Made by a program: the position numbers and the translations under genes
Notes under the pieces: generated by a model
Told to the model about the DNA's origin: nothing
Seen by the model: only the letters and a program-made list of their open reading frames with translations
The model's database searches: none
Origin: an uncultured archaeon
GTDB lineage: Archaea > Asgardarchaeota > Lokiarchaeia > Sigyniarchaeales > SOKP01
Assembly: GCA_964388035.1 (NCBI GenBank)
Contig: CAYLZE010000051.1
Location: 1-32,504 of the forward strand
Length of the DNA stretch: 32,504 bases
Direction: 5' to 3'
Part shown: piece after piece, positions 18,117 to 28,020 of the stretch
Layout of the letters: each line of letters starts with the position of its first letter
Numbering within the stretch: position 1 is the stretch's first letter

Positions 18117-19676
18117 TTAAGGAGCTTGATATCGAGCATTTCCATTCATGACTTTACCGTTTAGTATCATATCGATTGCTTGCATTCCTCCAAGCAATGC
18201 TCCAAATACGCCATGAACAAATTTTGGGTTAAACAGTCCTTTGACAGGAGTTCTCATTTTTAATCGGGTTCTTCCAAAATTATCCGTGTAAGGAGCCATT
18301 TCATAAATAGAACCTGTCGGCGATCCAGAATAACGCTTATAAGTCGCGGGAGTGGACACATCGGTCACTAAAATATGCTTCGAAAGTTCGGGAATCATGT
18401 ATTTTTCTACTTTAGTGATAAAAAAGTTCGCCCATTTCTCTTTTTCCTCGTTATATTTCTTCCTATCGTCTTGCCGGAGTGTTTCCCAATTTCCTAGTTG
18501 CATGGGGGTGATACGGATCGAGATATTTGGTCTCCCCCCTGTCGTGAGAGAAGGGCAAATCACGCCCATGTGAAAGCGTTGGTCATTGAATCCGATTTCT
18601 CCTTTTTCATAAGCATCAAATAATCGGTCATAAGAGTCTCCTCCCGTGGTTAAGACATTATATCCGCAATCCAAGCCCAAGGCTTCTAAATCAATTTTAT
18701 CATCCAACCCCAAACTCACGTTCATTGAAGAGGTGGACATTTTTACTTCCTCCACTTTTTTCGCGTATTTTGCATCCAGATTACGGAGGATATCCATTCC
18801 CACCATTTTTTCCATTAATTGTTTAGTATCCGCAGTATTAATTACATAATCCGCCAATATTTTTTGACCTCCCTTTAATTCCACCCCTTTTACCTGATCC
18901 CCCTCAATTAATACCTTTTCTACTTCACTCTTTAACATTAGTTCTCCGCCCAATGCCTTATAACGGTCTTCCAGTGCTTTAGTAAATTCAATGAATGGTC
19001 CCACAGTTCGAAAAGTACCATCTAATAAAGAATTCATGGCCGAAATGGGGACTATCGCCGCAACGCGTTCAGAAGGAAGGGCTGCAAATTCCGCAAATAC
19101 GTTAAAAATTTCCTGAACATCCGGTTCCGAAATATTAAATTGGTTAAAATATTCGGAAAAGGTCTTACTACCATTCTTCAAGATTTTTGGGCAAGCAAAT
19201 AGAACCTTTAGAATATCCACGAATTTAGGCTCCACCTTCAATTTAAACAATTCTAAATACATTTCCCTTGAATAATCTAAAAACTTTTCGATTTGCGGTG
19301 CATTAGAGGGATATTTTTCCATGAGATATTTTTTAAAGTTTTCCGTCCCCGAAGGTAATTCTAAAAGATTCACTTTATCCGTTTCGGGATTTACATTAAA
19401 GATGCGCATGTAATAACCCTTAAATCTCTTTAGCTCGATCTCAACACCGAGAAAATTTAATAAGTCCGAGATATTGGGAAGCATTTGACAGGTATCAAAC
19501 CAAAAATCCTCTCGTTCATACGATGTTACGAAGCCCCCCGTTTTAGGATTTCTTTCAATTATCAAAACGGGATCCTCTTTAACATCATGATTCAATGCCC
19601 AGGTAATTCCAGCGCTTAATCCCGATATTCCCCCACCTATTATGATTAAACTTTTTTCTTGCATGAATTTCACCAT
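18117..19676 (-). CDS. FAD-dependent oxidoreductase, phytoene desaturase (CrtI)/retinol saturase-like family
   Basis: IIIGGGISGL dinucleotide fold, GGFVTSYEREDFWFD, ADYVINTAD and STPATYKRYSGSPTGSIY. Start is ATG 19676 or 19664. Confidence 0.82.
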   Translation of the reverse strand: MVKFMQEKSLIIIGGGISGLSAGITWALNHDVKEDPVLIIERNPKTGGFVTSYEREDFWFDTCQMLPNISDLLNFLGVEIELKRFKGYYMRIFNVNPETDKVNLLELPSGTENFKKYLMEKYPSNAPQIEKFLDYSREMYLELFKLKVEPKFVDILKVLFACPKILKNGSKTFSEYFNQFNISEPDVQEIFNVFAEFAALPSERVAAIVPISAMNSLLDGTFRTVGPFIEFTKALEDRYKALGGELMLKSEVEKVLIEGDQVKGVELKGGQKILADYVINTADTKQLMEKMVGMDILRNLDAKYAKKVEEVKMSTSSMNVSLGLDDKIDLEALGLDCGYNVLTTGGDSYDRLFDAYEKGEIGFNDQRFHMGVICPSLTTGGRPNISIRITPMQLGNWETLRQDDRKKYNEEKEKWANFFITKVEKYMIPELSKHILVTDVSTPATYKRYSGSPTGSIYEMAPYTDNFGRTRLKMRTPVKGLFNPKFVHGVFGALLGGMQAIDMILNGKVMNGNARYQAP

Positions 19677-19844
19677 TTTTTTATAAAAATTCGATTAAAT
19701 ACTATATAAAGGTTTACTCTATCATAAAAAATTACCCTAATTGCTTAAGAAAAGTGCAAAAAAATAAAAAGAATTATAGAATGAGAATAAAAAATCGTAT
19801 AAAAGAATCTCTTTTCTTATATAAATTAAATTAAGATAACTCCC

Positions 19845-21467
19845 TCATGTTCGACGTTTTATAACCATTCCCGGCTTCTTTTTGAACTGTTTTTCATGGT
19901 CAATCACGATAACTCCGTTAACTATAACATAATCAATTCCTTCGGGAATTTGATACGGTTTATCAAAAGTTGCCTTATCCTTGATAGTTTCTGGATTAAA
20001 AATTACTAAATCAGCCCAACTCTCTTCCAGTAACAATCCCCTATCTTGGAGTCCTAGTTTCTGAGCAGGGAAGGAGGTCATCTTGCGAATGGCTTGTTCA
20101 ATTGTCAGTAACTTTTCCTCCCGCACGTACTTTCCTAAGATCCGAGGATAAGTGCCAAAGAAACGGGGATGGTATGTACCCTTACGAAATTTAATGGGAA
20201 TACCTCCTCCATCCGTTCCAATCATTTGGTAACGACTTGTCATGATTCTCCGAATATCCTCTTCTCCCATGCTTTCGATTGTGATTGAAACGGCAAATTG
20301 ATTTTCAATTAACAACTTAAAATATGTCTCCCAATCGTTCGAAAAACCTCTTATTTTGGTAATCTCTGAAATATTTTTACCCATTATATCAAACCATGCT
20401 TCATTACCTACTGAGGCAATATAAATATGGTCAAAACCGTTATCTTTAATCCAATTTTCCCAACCTTCACCTCCTTCTTCAATATCTTTTTGAATTTTAG
20501 CTTGATTTTCAGGCTTTTTAATGCGTTCAATTACAATATCACTGCTTTCTTCACGTGCCCATGGTGGCATGGTTGTGAATAAATCAGCCATGCCCCGATT
20601 ATAAGGATATTGATCGCACGTAATGTTCAAACCTCGTTCATTTGCTTCTGCTATCAATTTTAATGTTTCTACACTTTTTCCCCAATTTGCTTTACCGGAA
20701 ACTTTATGGTGTGCAATTTGGCCTCCCACGCATCCTGATTTTTCCACGATTTCTATTACTTCTTTCACGGCGTTCACTACATTTTTGTCTTCTCCTCTAA
20801 TATGTGAAAAATATAATCCATTATATTGGGCGACGACTTTAGCTAATTCAATTATCTCTTCTGTTTTAGCATATACTTGTGGAGCATAAATGAGTCCAGT
20901 GCTCATTCCAAAAGCGCCTGCTTCCATGGCTTCTCTAAGATAGCTCTTCATGGATTCCATTTCTTCAGGATTAGCGTCTCTATTTAGATCTCCTTGGCCC
21001 CCTGCGAATCTTAGATTTCTGTATCCCACGAAGAATATTAAATTTGCAGCAGTTCTTTTTTTCTCAAAATAGTTTAAATATTCTTTAAAAGTATGATACG
21101 GATAATCAAATTCTCCCAATGCAGGTTCAATTTTTGCCATGATTTTTTGGAACCCTTCTTCCTTTCCTTCCGGAATAGGTGCCATGCCATCGCCGCACAT
21201 GCCCACCACGCTAGTCGTTATTCCTTGATGAAGGGTGGATTCTTGATTTCGACTTACTGGCAAGATATAATCCGAATGCGAGTGAATGTCAATAAATCCG
21301 GGACATATTATCCGATCCTTCGCGTTAATGATAGTTTTCGCGGGCTCCTCGATTTTAGGCCGTATTTTTACTATTTTTCCGCCATTTATTGCGATCTCTC
21401 CGTAATACCACGGATTCCCCGCCCCATCAATGATTTTACCATTTTTAATTAAAATATCATGCGCCAT
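19845..21467 (-). CDS. N-acyl-D-amino-acid deacylase (D-aminoacylase, amidohydrolase superfamily), copy A
   Basis: PGFIDIHSHSD, GMCG, STGLIYAP, SHIRGE, AHHK, DQYPY, GTD and HPR.FGTYPR motifs. Alternative ATG at 21476. Confidence 0.92.
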   Translation of the reverse strand: MAHDILIKNGKIIDGAGNPWYYGEIAINGGKIVKIRPKIEEPAKTIINAKDRIICPGFIDIHSHSDYILPVSRNQESTLHQGITTSVVGMCGDGMAPIPEGKEEGFQKIMAKIEPALGEFDYPYHTFKEYLNYFEKKRTAANLIFFVGYRNLRFAGGQGDLNRDANPEEMESMKSYLREAMEAGAFGMSTGLIYAPQVYAKTEEIIELAKVVAQYNGLYFSHIRGEDKNVVNAVKEVIEIVEKSGCVGGQIAHHKVSGKANWGKSVETLKLIAEANERGLNITCDQYPYNRGMADLFTTMPPWAREESSDIVIERIKKPENQAKIQKDIEEGGEGWENWIKDNGFDHIYIASVGNEAWFDIMGKNISEITKIRGFSNDWETYFKLLIENQFAVSITIESMGEEDIRRIMTSRYQMIGTDGGGIPIKFRKGTYHPRFFGTYPRILGKYVREEKLLTIEQAIRKMTSFPAQKLGLQDRGLLLEESWADLVIFNPETIKDKATFDKPYQIPEGIDYVIVNGVIVIDHEKQFKKKPGMVIKRRT

Positions 21468-21582
21468 ACTTAACATGGAATTAAGAATTTAAAATAAAAT
21501 TATTTGATAGAAACCGATCGTCCTAAGAGTAATTGAGACAAAAGGAATTAGGAAAGAAAAAAATTGTGTAATAGCTAACGTT

Positions 21583-23205
21583 TTAAATGGGACGTTTTAT
21601 AACCACACCTGGTTTTTTTTTATTCTGCTTTCCATAGTCAACTACGATTACTCCATTTACAATAACATAATCAATACCTTCAGGAATTTGATAAGGATTT
21701 TCATAGGTTGCCTTGTCTTTAATCGTATCTGGATTGAAAATTACTATATCAGCCCAACTATCTTCCAATAACAATCCTCTATCTTGTAATCCTAATTTTT
21801 GAGCGGGAAAGGAGGTCATCTTGCGAATGGCTTGTTCTATTGTTAATAATTTTTCTTCTCGCACATATTTTCCCAATACTCTGGGATACGTTCCAAAACA
21901 TCTAGGATGAAAAGCACCCATGCTAAAAGATATCGGTACTCCAAATCCGTCCGTTCCTACCATTTGATATCGACTGGTCATGATTCTCCGAATATCCTCT
22001 TCTCCCATGCTTTGAATCGTTATCATCACTCCCATTTCATTCTCTATCAATAGCTTGAAAAAAGTTTCCCACTCATTAGCAAGTCCTTTGATTTTCGTTA
22101 TTTCTGAAATGTTTTTTCCTGCGATATCTTTCCACTCTGGATTATTCACGGAAGAAATGAATATATTACTAAAGCCATCATCTTTAATCCAATCTTCCCA
22201 ACCTTCAATGCCATTCTCTACTTCTTTTTTAATGCGAGCTTGATTCTCCGGATTTTTTATCCGTTCTAAGGCTTTTTCGCTTGTTCCCACTAATACCCAC
22301 GGGGGAAGTGCCGTTTCTAATCCGGACATGCCTCGATTATATGGGTATTGATCGCAAGTAATATTTAAGTTTCTTTCATTCGCTTCGGCTATTAATCGTA
22401 TGGTTTCTTCACTTTTTCCCCAATTTACTTTACCTGAGACTTTATGGTGTGCTATTTGACCCCCCACGCATCCCGACTTTTCCACGATTTCTATCACTTC
22501 TTTGACAGCGTTCACTACATTTTTATCTTCTCCTCTGATATGAGAAAAATATAATCCGTTATATTCTGCTACAATTTTTGCAAGTTCTATTATTTCTTCA
22601 GTGCTTGCATATACCTGTGGTGCATAAATCAGCCCAGTACTCATTCCGAAAGCTCCCGCTTCCATGGCTTCTCTGAGGTATTTCTTCATATTTTCCAATT
22701 CTTCGGGATTGGCATCTCTATCTTCTCCTCCTTGTCCTCCTGCGAATCGCAAATTATCATAGCCTATAAGAAACGCAAGATTGGCAGGGGTTCTTTTTTT
22801 CTGAATGTGGTCTAAATATTCTGCAAAAGTATGATAAGGATAGTCCATTTGTCCTAATACGGGATTCAAGCCCGACATCATTTTTTTAAATGCTTCTTCT
22901 TTTCCTTCCGGAATGGGTGCCATGCCATCCCCACACATTCCAACAACGCTCGTCGTTATTCCTTGATGAAGGGTAGATTCTTGATTTCGATTTATTGGCA
23001 ACATGTAATCTGAATGCGAATGAATGTCAATAAATCCTGGACAAAGTATATGATTTTGAGCATCAATGATAATTTTTGCAGGCTCCTCGATTTTAGGTCT
23101 AATTCCTACAATTTTTCCCTCTTTTATTGCGATCTCTCCGTAATACCACGGATTACCTGCCCCATCGATTATTTTACCATTCTTAATTAAAATATTATGT
23201 TCCAT
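21583..23205 (-). CDS. N-acyl-D-amino-acid deacylase (D-aminoacylase), copy B
   Basis: Same motifs and same length as copy A; tandem duplicate offset by 1738 nt. The ORF track starts at TTG 23214. Confidence 0.92.
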   Translation of the reverse strand: MEHNILIKNGKIIDGAGNPWYYGEIAIKEGKIVGIRPKIEEPAKIIIDAQNHILCPGFIDIHSHSDYMLPINRNQESTLHQGITTSVVGMCGDGMAPIPEGKEEAFKKMMSGLNPVLGQMDYPYHTFAEYLDHIQKKRTPANLAFLIGYDNLRFAGGQGGEDRDANPEELENMKKYLREAMEAGAFGMSTGLIYAPQVYASTEEIIELAKIVAEYNGLYFSHIRGEDKNVVNAVKEVIEIVEKSGCVGGQIAHHKVSGKVNWGKSEETIRLIAEANERNLNITCDQYPYNRGMSGLETALPPWVLVGTSEKALERIKNPENQARIKKEVENGIEGWEDWIKDDGFSNIFISSVNNPEWKDIAGKNISEITKIKGLANEWETFFKLLIENEMGVMITIQSMGEEDIRRIMTSRYQMVGTDGFGVPISFSMGAFHPRCFGTYPRVLGKYVREEKLLTIEQAIRKMTSFPAQKLGLQDRGLLLEDSWADIVIFNPDTIKDKATYENPYQIPEGIDYVIVNGVIVVDYGKQNKKKPGVVIKRPI

Positions 23206-23265
23206 ACTTAACAAGAAATTAAGAATTAAAAAAAAAATTTGGAAATTTTTAGTAAAAAGGTGAAT

Positions 23266-24753
23266 TTATTTTCCTTTTTCTTTTTTTTCTATACTGTCAG
23301 CTAACTTTTCAATTTTACTCTCGGGCGGAAATTCCTCAAAAACCACTTGTTCAGGGAAAGATGTTACAGTTTTCTTTATGTCAATTCCTTGTTTATTTAA
23401 CATTGCTTTGCGGATGAAATATAGAATAATTCCTATTATAATATAAGGTATCAGTATCAAGATAATGATTAATCCGGCATCAGGATCCGTGAGCAACAGT
23501 AATACGAAAATTATCGAGGAGACTCCTCCAATACCTCCCATTATTTTTATAGTTCGATCGCTCGGCTTGAATTTTGAATTTTCATGTAATTGTGGAAAAT
23601 TCTTCTTAAACAATATGGCACCAAAGCATATAGGTATTTGAAGGATTAATACTGCTACACCGACTACGGCACTTAACAATACTGCAGCCGTTTCAATTCC
23701 ATAGGATGGTGCGAGGGCAGGAATGAAGGTTAGAAGAAATACCATTCCAAAAACGAATAATAACGTTAATGCAGCGATGGGTGTCTTAAACCTTTTATGT
23801 ACATAAGCAAATTTACCCGGAAATAATTTATCTCTTCCTGCCATTAAAATGTCTCTAGAGAACGCCATGTATGATGGATGAAGTGTGGAAGCGATAGCAA
23901 CCGCAATGAGTATTGTTATAAAGATCACCGCACCTGGAGGGAGAATTCCTCCCTTTAAAATAATTTCTGTCACTGTTCCGACGGGCTGATTATAGGGTTG
24001 TATTGCAGCAACCATTAAAGATTGGGCTACATATAATATTAGTAATACCGGAATACTTATTAAAAGAGCTAAAGGGATGTTTCGTTGAGGCTTTTTAACT
24101 TCTCCCGCCACATCAATTATGAGAGTAAATCCTACATAAGAAAAGTAAAACGTCAATGCAGCAAAGAGAACGGGGCTAAAACCCAAGGGCATTAGGGGAG
24201 TGAGATTTTGTACCTTAAAAAAAGGAATTGCCGCAATTATAAAAATAATCATTACCAAAATATCCCCAAATATTGTTATAATCATTTCTACTAATCCCGT
24301 TATTTCAACATTAATAAAATTTAGTAGGTAAAAAGCCGCCAAAACGACAATTCCAATCCCAATTACGAAAAACATTTCCCATTCGTCAGGTATTTGAAAA
24401 AGCTCTGATATAAAAACACCAAAGGTTGCAGCTAAAAATGCCAAAGACGCACCTACAGCTAAAAGTATCATCCATAAGCTAAAGAAACCCATGAAGCCAC
24501 TTTTAAAAAGTCTCGAATTGATCATGTAAGTTCCACCTGCAATAGGTAAAGCCGCTCCTATATAAGCGGCGATATAAGCAACAAAGATTGCAGGTATAAC
24601 TGCGATTATGTATGCGATAAAAATAGCAGGACCCGTTCTAGATAGCCAAGCCGCTGGTGATATCCATATCGAGGCTCCTATTACCATGCCAACTATAATG
24701 AATATCGCCATCGGTAAATTAAGTCCTCTTTTCAATTCTTTATCTTCAGCCAT
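23266..24753 (-). CDS. APC superfamily amino-acid permease
   Basis: LKRGL, GMVIGASIW, GPA, AGGTY, FSYVGF..AGEVKKPQRNIP and SR..AGRDKLFP..F..VHKRFKTP motifs; about 12 TM. Confidence 0.92.
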   Translation of the reverse strand: MAEDKELKRGLNLPMAIFIIVGMVIGASIWISPAAWLSRTGPAIFIAYIIAVIPAIFVAYIAAYIGAALPIAGGTYMINSRLFKSGFMGFFSLWMILLAVGASLAFLAATFGVFISELFQIPDEWEMFFVIGIGIVVLAAFYLLNFINVEITGLVEMIITIFGDILVMIIFIIAAIPFFKVQNLTPLMPLGFSPVLFAALTFYFSYVGFTLIIDVAGEVKKPQRNIPLALLISIPVLLILYVAQSLMVAAIQPYNQPVGTVTEIILKGGILPPGAVIFITILIAVAIASTLHPSYMAFSRDILMAGRDKLFPGKFAYVHKRFKTPIAALTLLFVFGMVFLLTFIPALAPSYGIETAAVLLSAVVGVAVLILQIPICFGAILFKKNFPQLHENSKFKPSDRTIKIMGGIGGVSSIIFVLLLLTDPDAGLIIILILIPYIIIGIILYFIRKAMLNKQGIDIKKTVTSFPEQVVFEEFPPESKIEKLADSIEKKEKGK

Positions 24754-25129
24754 TTTCTTACTTCTTTCACTTTTTAATATTTTAATTTGATTTTAAAAAA
24801 AAACCTTAGTTCTTTTAAGAATCTATTCCAGCTTTTAAAATTTTCGAAACAATATCCATTATAGAAAATAGGATGTTTATAATCAGTTTCTTAAATTATC
24901 ATGACAATTTGAATAAGCAATCTATTTTATGAAGGCAAACGGTAGTGATTGATTTATTTCGAAGAATCACATCGCTTTTGAAAGTAATTTTCCTTTTTTA
25001 GGAAAAGCCCTTTTTATAAATACAGGAATAATCTTTTGCTATTATGAAGAAAAAACTAAATAGCTTTATTTTTGGATATTTGTTAGTAAGAAAATCTTCT
25101 AAATGTTCATTTTGGCAGATATAAAACCT

Positions 25130-25732
25130 TTACATGGTATTAAAATACTTATAACTTTCCAAGAATTCCTTCTTGACTTTCTTAATGATTTTATCAAACA
25201 TGGCTTTTCGTTTCTTATACAGTTCTAATTGTTTGCTGATGAATTTCTTAAAATTATCCTTTACTTGTTCAACTTGTAAAATTCTAAGAGGAATTGGTTT
25301 TTCCTTGACAATTTCCTCTAAATCAACCGAAAAATCATTAAATTGGCTAATATTTCCTCCAAAATGAGGAATGACAGATTGGTATTTTGACCTGAATTTA
25401 TGAGCGATCTTGTCGATAATCATCTTAATTTGCTCTTCTCCAGCATTAACATCCTTAACTGAAATTATGAACAATAAATTTTCAACAAATTCAAAGAAAA
25501 TCTTCCTCCGGGAAAATTTTATATATTCTATCTCATCAACAAAGGATTCTTCTGCAATGCTTAAAATGGCGGAAAAGAAACTCGTGATTATGTCAATTGA
25601 GACGTTATCCTTCGTGATATCTACATAATTCTGCTCAAAAATGCATATTCCCGAATTGCTTTCCAATATCCACAAGCATTCGATTAATAATTCATTTTTT
25701 TTAACACTCATCATTGCTCTCCTCTCAACCAT
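25130..25732 (-). CDS. Longin-like (sedlin/sigma-adaptin/Roadblock-related) domain protein with basic helical C-tail
   Basis: Beta-beta-alpha-beta-beta-beta-alpha-alpha pattern: LWIL..SGICIF, DIITSFFSAI, IEYIKF, IFFEF, LLFIISV, IIDKIAHKF..Y and F..F..DLEEIV. Confidence 0.65.
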   Translation of the reverse strand: MVERRAMMSVKKNELLIECLWILESNSGICIFEQNYVDITKDNVSIDIITSFFSAILSIAEESFVDEIEYIKFSRRKIFFEFVENLLFIISVKDVNAGEEQIKMIIDKIAHKFRSKYQSVIPHFGGNISQFNDFSVDLEEIVKEKPIPLRILQVEQVKDNFKKFISKQLELYKKRKAMFDKIIKKVKKEFLESYKYFNTM

Positions 25733-25822
25733 ATAAGAATCAAATATCTATTTAGATATAAAATTAATGAAAATCCTACTAGATCTAACGGTTTGTAGTG
25801 CATTTTTAAGAAAACATGATAA

Positions 25823-26296
25823 TTAGAAATCCACTGATACATTAATTGAAATCCCCTCTCTAATTGAAGGAGTTATGATGCACGTTTCTTCAAAAAACAT
25901 GTGCCCACTTTTCATTTCTTTAAGACATAATTGAACTCGTTTCATGACCTCTGGATCCTCAGTTGTAGGTTTTATCTTTACATCAATTTTGTCAATTCGC
26001 ATGTAACCCTTTTCATTTTTCTTAAATGAAATTTCTCCCGTGGCTTCTAAATCATCAATCATTAAATTCCTTTTATTCAAGCAAAAGATAAAACTGGCAT
26101 TTAAGCACGATAATAATGCCATTCCTAATAATTGAGCAGCATCTGGACCAAGAGGTTCTTTATTTTTTTCAAGAGATTCGTCAATACATAATTCCTTCAC
26201 TCTCTGATACCCTAATTCACTCCTAAATGTCATGTTTTTTTCTAACTTCACATTTATAATTGTATTTTCCTCATGTACCACTTTTTTTTTCTCCAT
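25823..26296 (-). CDS. OsmC/Ohr family protein
   Basis: GPDAAQLL..AL.SCL motif and C-terminal CIITPSI (two-Cys pattern); 157 aa. Confidence 0.8.
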   Translation of the reverse strand: MEKKKVVHEENTIINVKLEKNMTFRSELGYQRVKELCIDESLEKNKEPLGPDAAQLLGMALLSCLNASFIFCLNKRNLMIDDLEATGEISFKKNEKGYMRIDKIDVKIKPTTEDPEVMKRVQLCLKEMKSGHMFFEETCIITPSIREGISINVSVDF

Positions 26297-26577
26297 TAAT
26301 ATGTTTTGATTTGATATTATAGTTCTTCTTCTTATTCTTATAGCAGAAGAATTTTAGAACTTATATAATAATGTTCTTGTTTTATAATTTACCTAGTATT
26401 TCTATCTTTTTATTCATTCTATTTTTATAATAAAAAAAAAATAAAAGTAGCTTTTAAAACATTATTAATTTCTAATAAGAAATACTTAAATTTAAGTAAA
26501 GAAATAAACTAAATTAAAACCATACTTAGAAGTAATTTTTCAATAAATTAGAGAAATGAACAGGAAAAAAATGTAAA

Positions 26578-28020
26578 ATGACTGAAAAAATCGAACCAAA
26601 TGGGAAAACTTCAAAATTGATAATGGGAAGTTACCAGAGCTTTCAATTATTTAGCCAATTCATCACGGGGCCATTTGGCCTTTTTACGTTCTTTTTTTAT
26701 GAAACGGAAATTGGATTAAATGTGACCTTAGTAGCTATTGCTTTTATAATTTTCTCCGTTTGGAACGCGGCAAATGATCCGTTGACTGGATACATCCTAG
26801 AGAGGATTCACATGCCTTGGGAAAAAAAGCTAGGTAGGAGGTTTCCTTGGGTCTTAATTGGAGCTATTCCTTGGCTCTTTACTTATTTAGCGATATTTTT
26901 AGTACCGACTACTTGGGATCCTGTAACAGATCAATGGGCCATATTTTTATGGCTATTAATTACTATTTGCATCTATGATACTCTCTATACTCTCTGGAAC
27001 GTGAATGCTACAGCAATGTATCCGGATAAATTTGTTTCTCTCGAAGAAAGAAGAACAGCAACGGGGATTGGGACAATCATTGGAATGATAGGATTAGTTG
27101 CTGGCTCTGTTTTCGCTCCCTTATTCATCACTACGGGAGTACCCGAAACTTATAGATATGCGGCTTGGTTGAGCGTGGCAGTTGGAATGTGCTTGTTCGT
27201 GCTAATGTTACCTGGAACCTGGGAAAATCAACGAGTTCGGGCAAGATATGCAGAACAACGGAAATTGGCAGAAAAAGCAGAAAAAGAAAGCTTTTTTAAA
27301 GTCGCAGGAAGGACGGTAACAGACCGCCGCTTCATGGTTAAAGTGATTTTCTTTTTCGGTTATCAATGTGCCGTCGCCTTTTTATCCGCTTCAGCCCCCT
27401 ACATGGTGACCTTCGTCATTCAAGCAGAAGCAAGTGCGATAAGCCTCCTAATGATATTCATGCTCCTGGGAGCTTTTGTTTCGGTGCCTTTATGGAATTA
27501 TTATGCTCAAAAAATGGATAATAATAAAAAGATAAGCATTTATGCTGGATTTGCGATGTTCTTGACCTTTCTGCCCATGATTTTTGTCAATGGACTTCTT
27601 TTCTTCATAATTTCACTATTCCTTTTCGGAATTGGGCTAGGAGGTCAGTGGTTTGTAGATCCCCCGGCGATGGGCGACGTCCTTGACGATCTCACGGTGA
27701 GGAGGGGAAAGAGAGAACCCGCTATATACTATGGAATCAATGCTTTCTTCATCCGGTTAAGCACTGTCGCGCAAGCTGTGACATTTGCTGTAGTTCATTC
27801 CCTGACGGGATTTATAGAGGGAACTTCCAGTTATGCACAATTAGCAGCATCGAGTCCAACTCCTGAATTAGCCGTTTTTGGCATTCGATTACACGCAGCC
27901 CTCATTCCAGCAATTTTAGTGCTTGTAACTATATTCATCTTCTGGAAATGGTATGACCTCACCCCAAAGGTAGTAGCCGAAAATAAGCGAAAATTGAAAG
28001 AGATGGGATTAGATTTATAA
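26578..28020 (+). CDS. MFS transporter, GPH/MelB family, copy 1
   Basis: About 12 TM; WNAANDPLTGY, LGRRFPW, YPDKF...ERR and KREPAIYYG motifs. Confidence 0.9.
   Translation: MTEKIEPNGKTSKLIMGSYQSFQLFSQFITGPFGLFTFFFYETEIGLNVTLVAIAFIIFSVWNAANDPLTGYILERIHMPWEKKLGRRFPWVLIGAIPWLFTYLAIFLVPTTWDPVTDQWAIFLWLLITICIYDTLYTLWNVNATAMYPDKFVSLEERRTATGIGTIIGMIGLVAGSVFAPLFITTGVPETYRYAAWLSVAVGMCLFVLMLPGTWENQRVRARYAEQRKLAEKAEKESFFKVAGRTVTDRRFMVKVIFFFGYQCAVAFLSASAPYMVTFVIQAEASAISLLMIFMLLGAFVSVPLWNYYAQKMDNNKKISIYAGFAMFLTFLPMIFVNGLLFFIISLFLFGIGLGGQWFVDPPAMGDVLDDLTVRRGKREPAIYYGINAFFIRLSTVAQAVTFAVVHSLTGFIEGTSSYAQLAASSPTPELAVFGIRLHAALIPAILVLVTIFIFWKWYDLTPKVVAENKRKLKEMGLDL

Noticed and set aside
18117-19676. Carotenoid biosynthesis (crtI)
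   Set aside because: Only family-level similarity and no other crt genes in the window, so no symbol was assigned.
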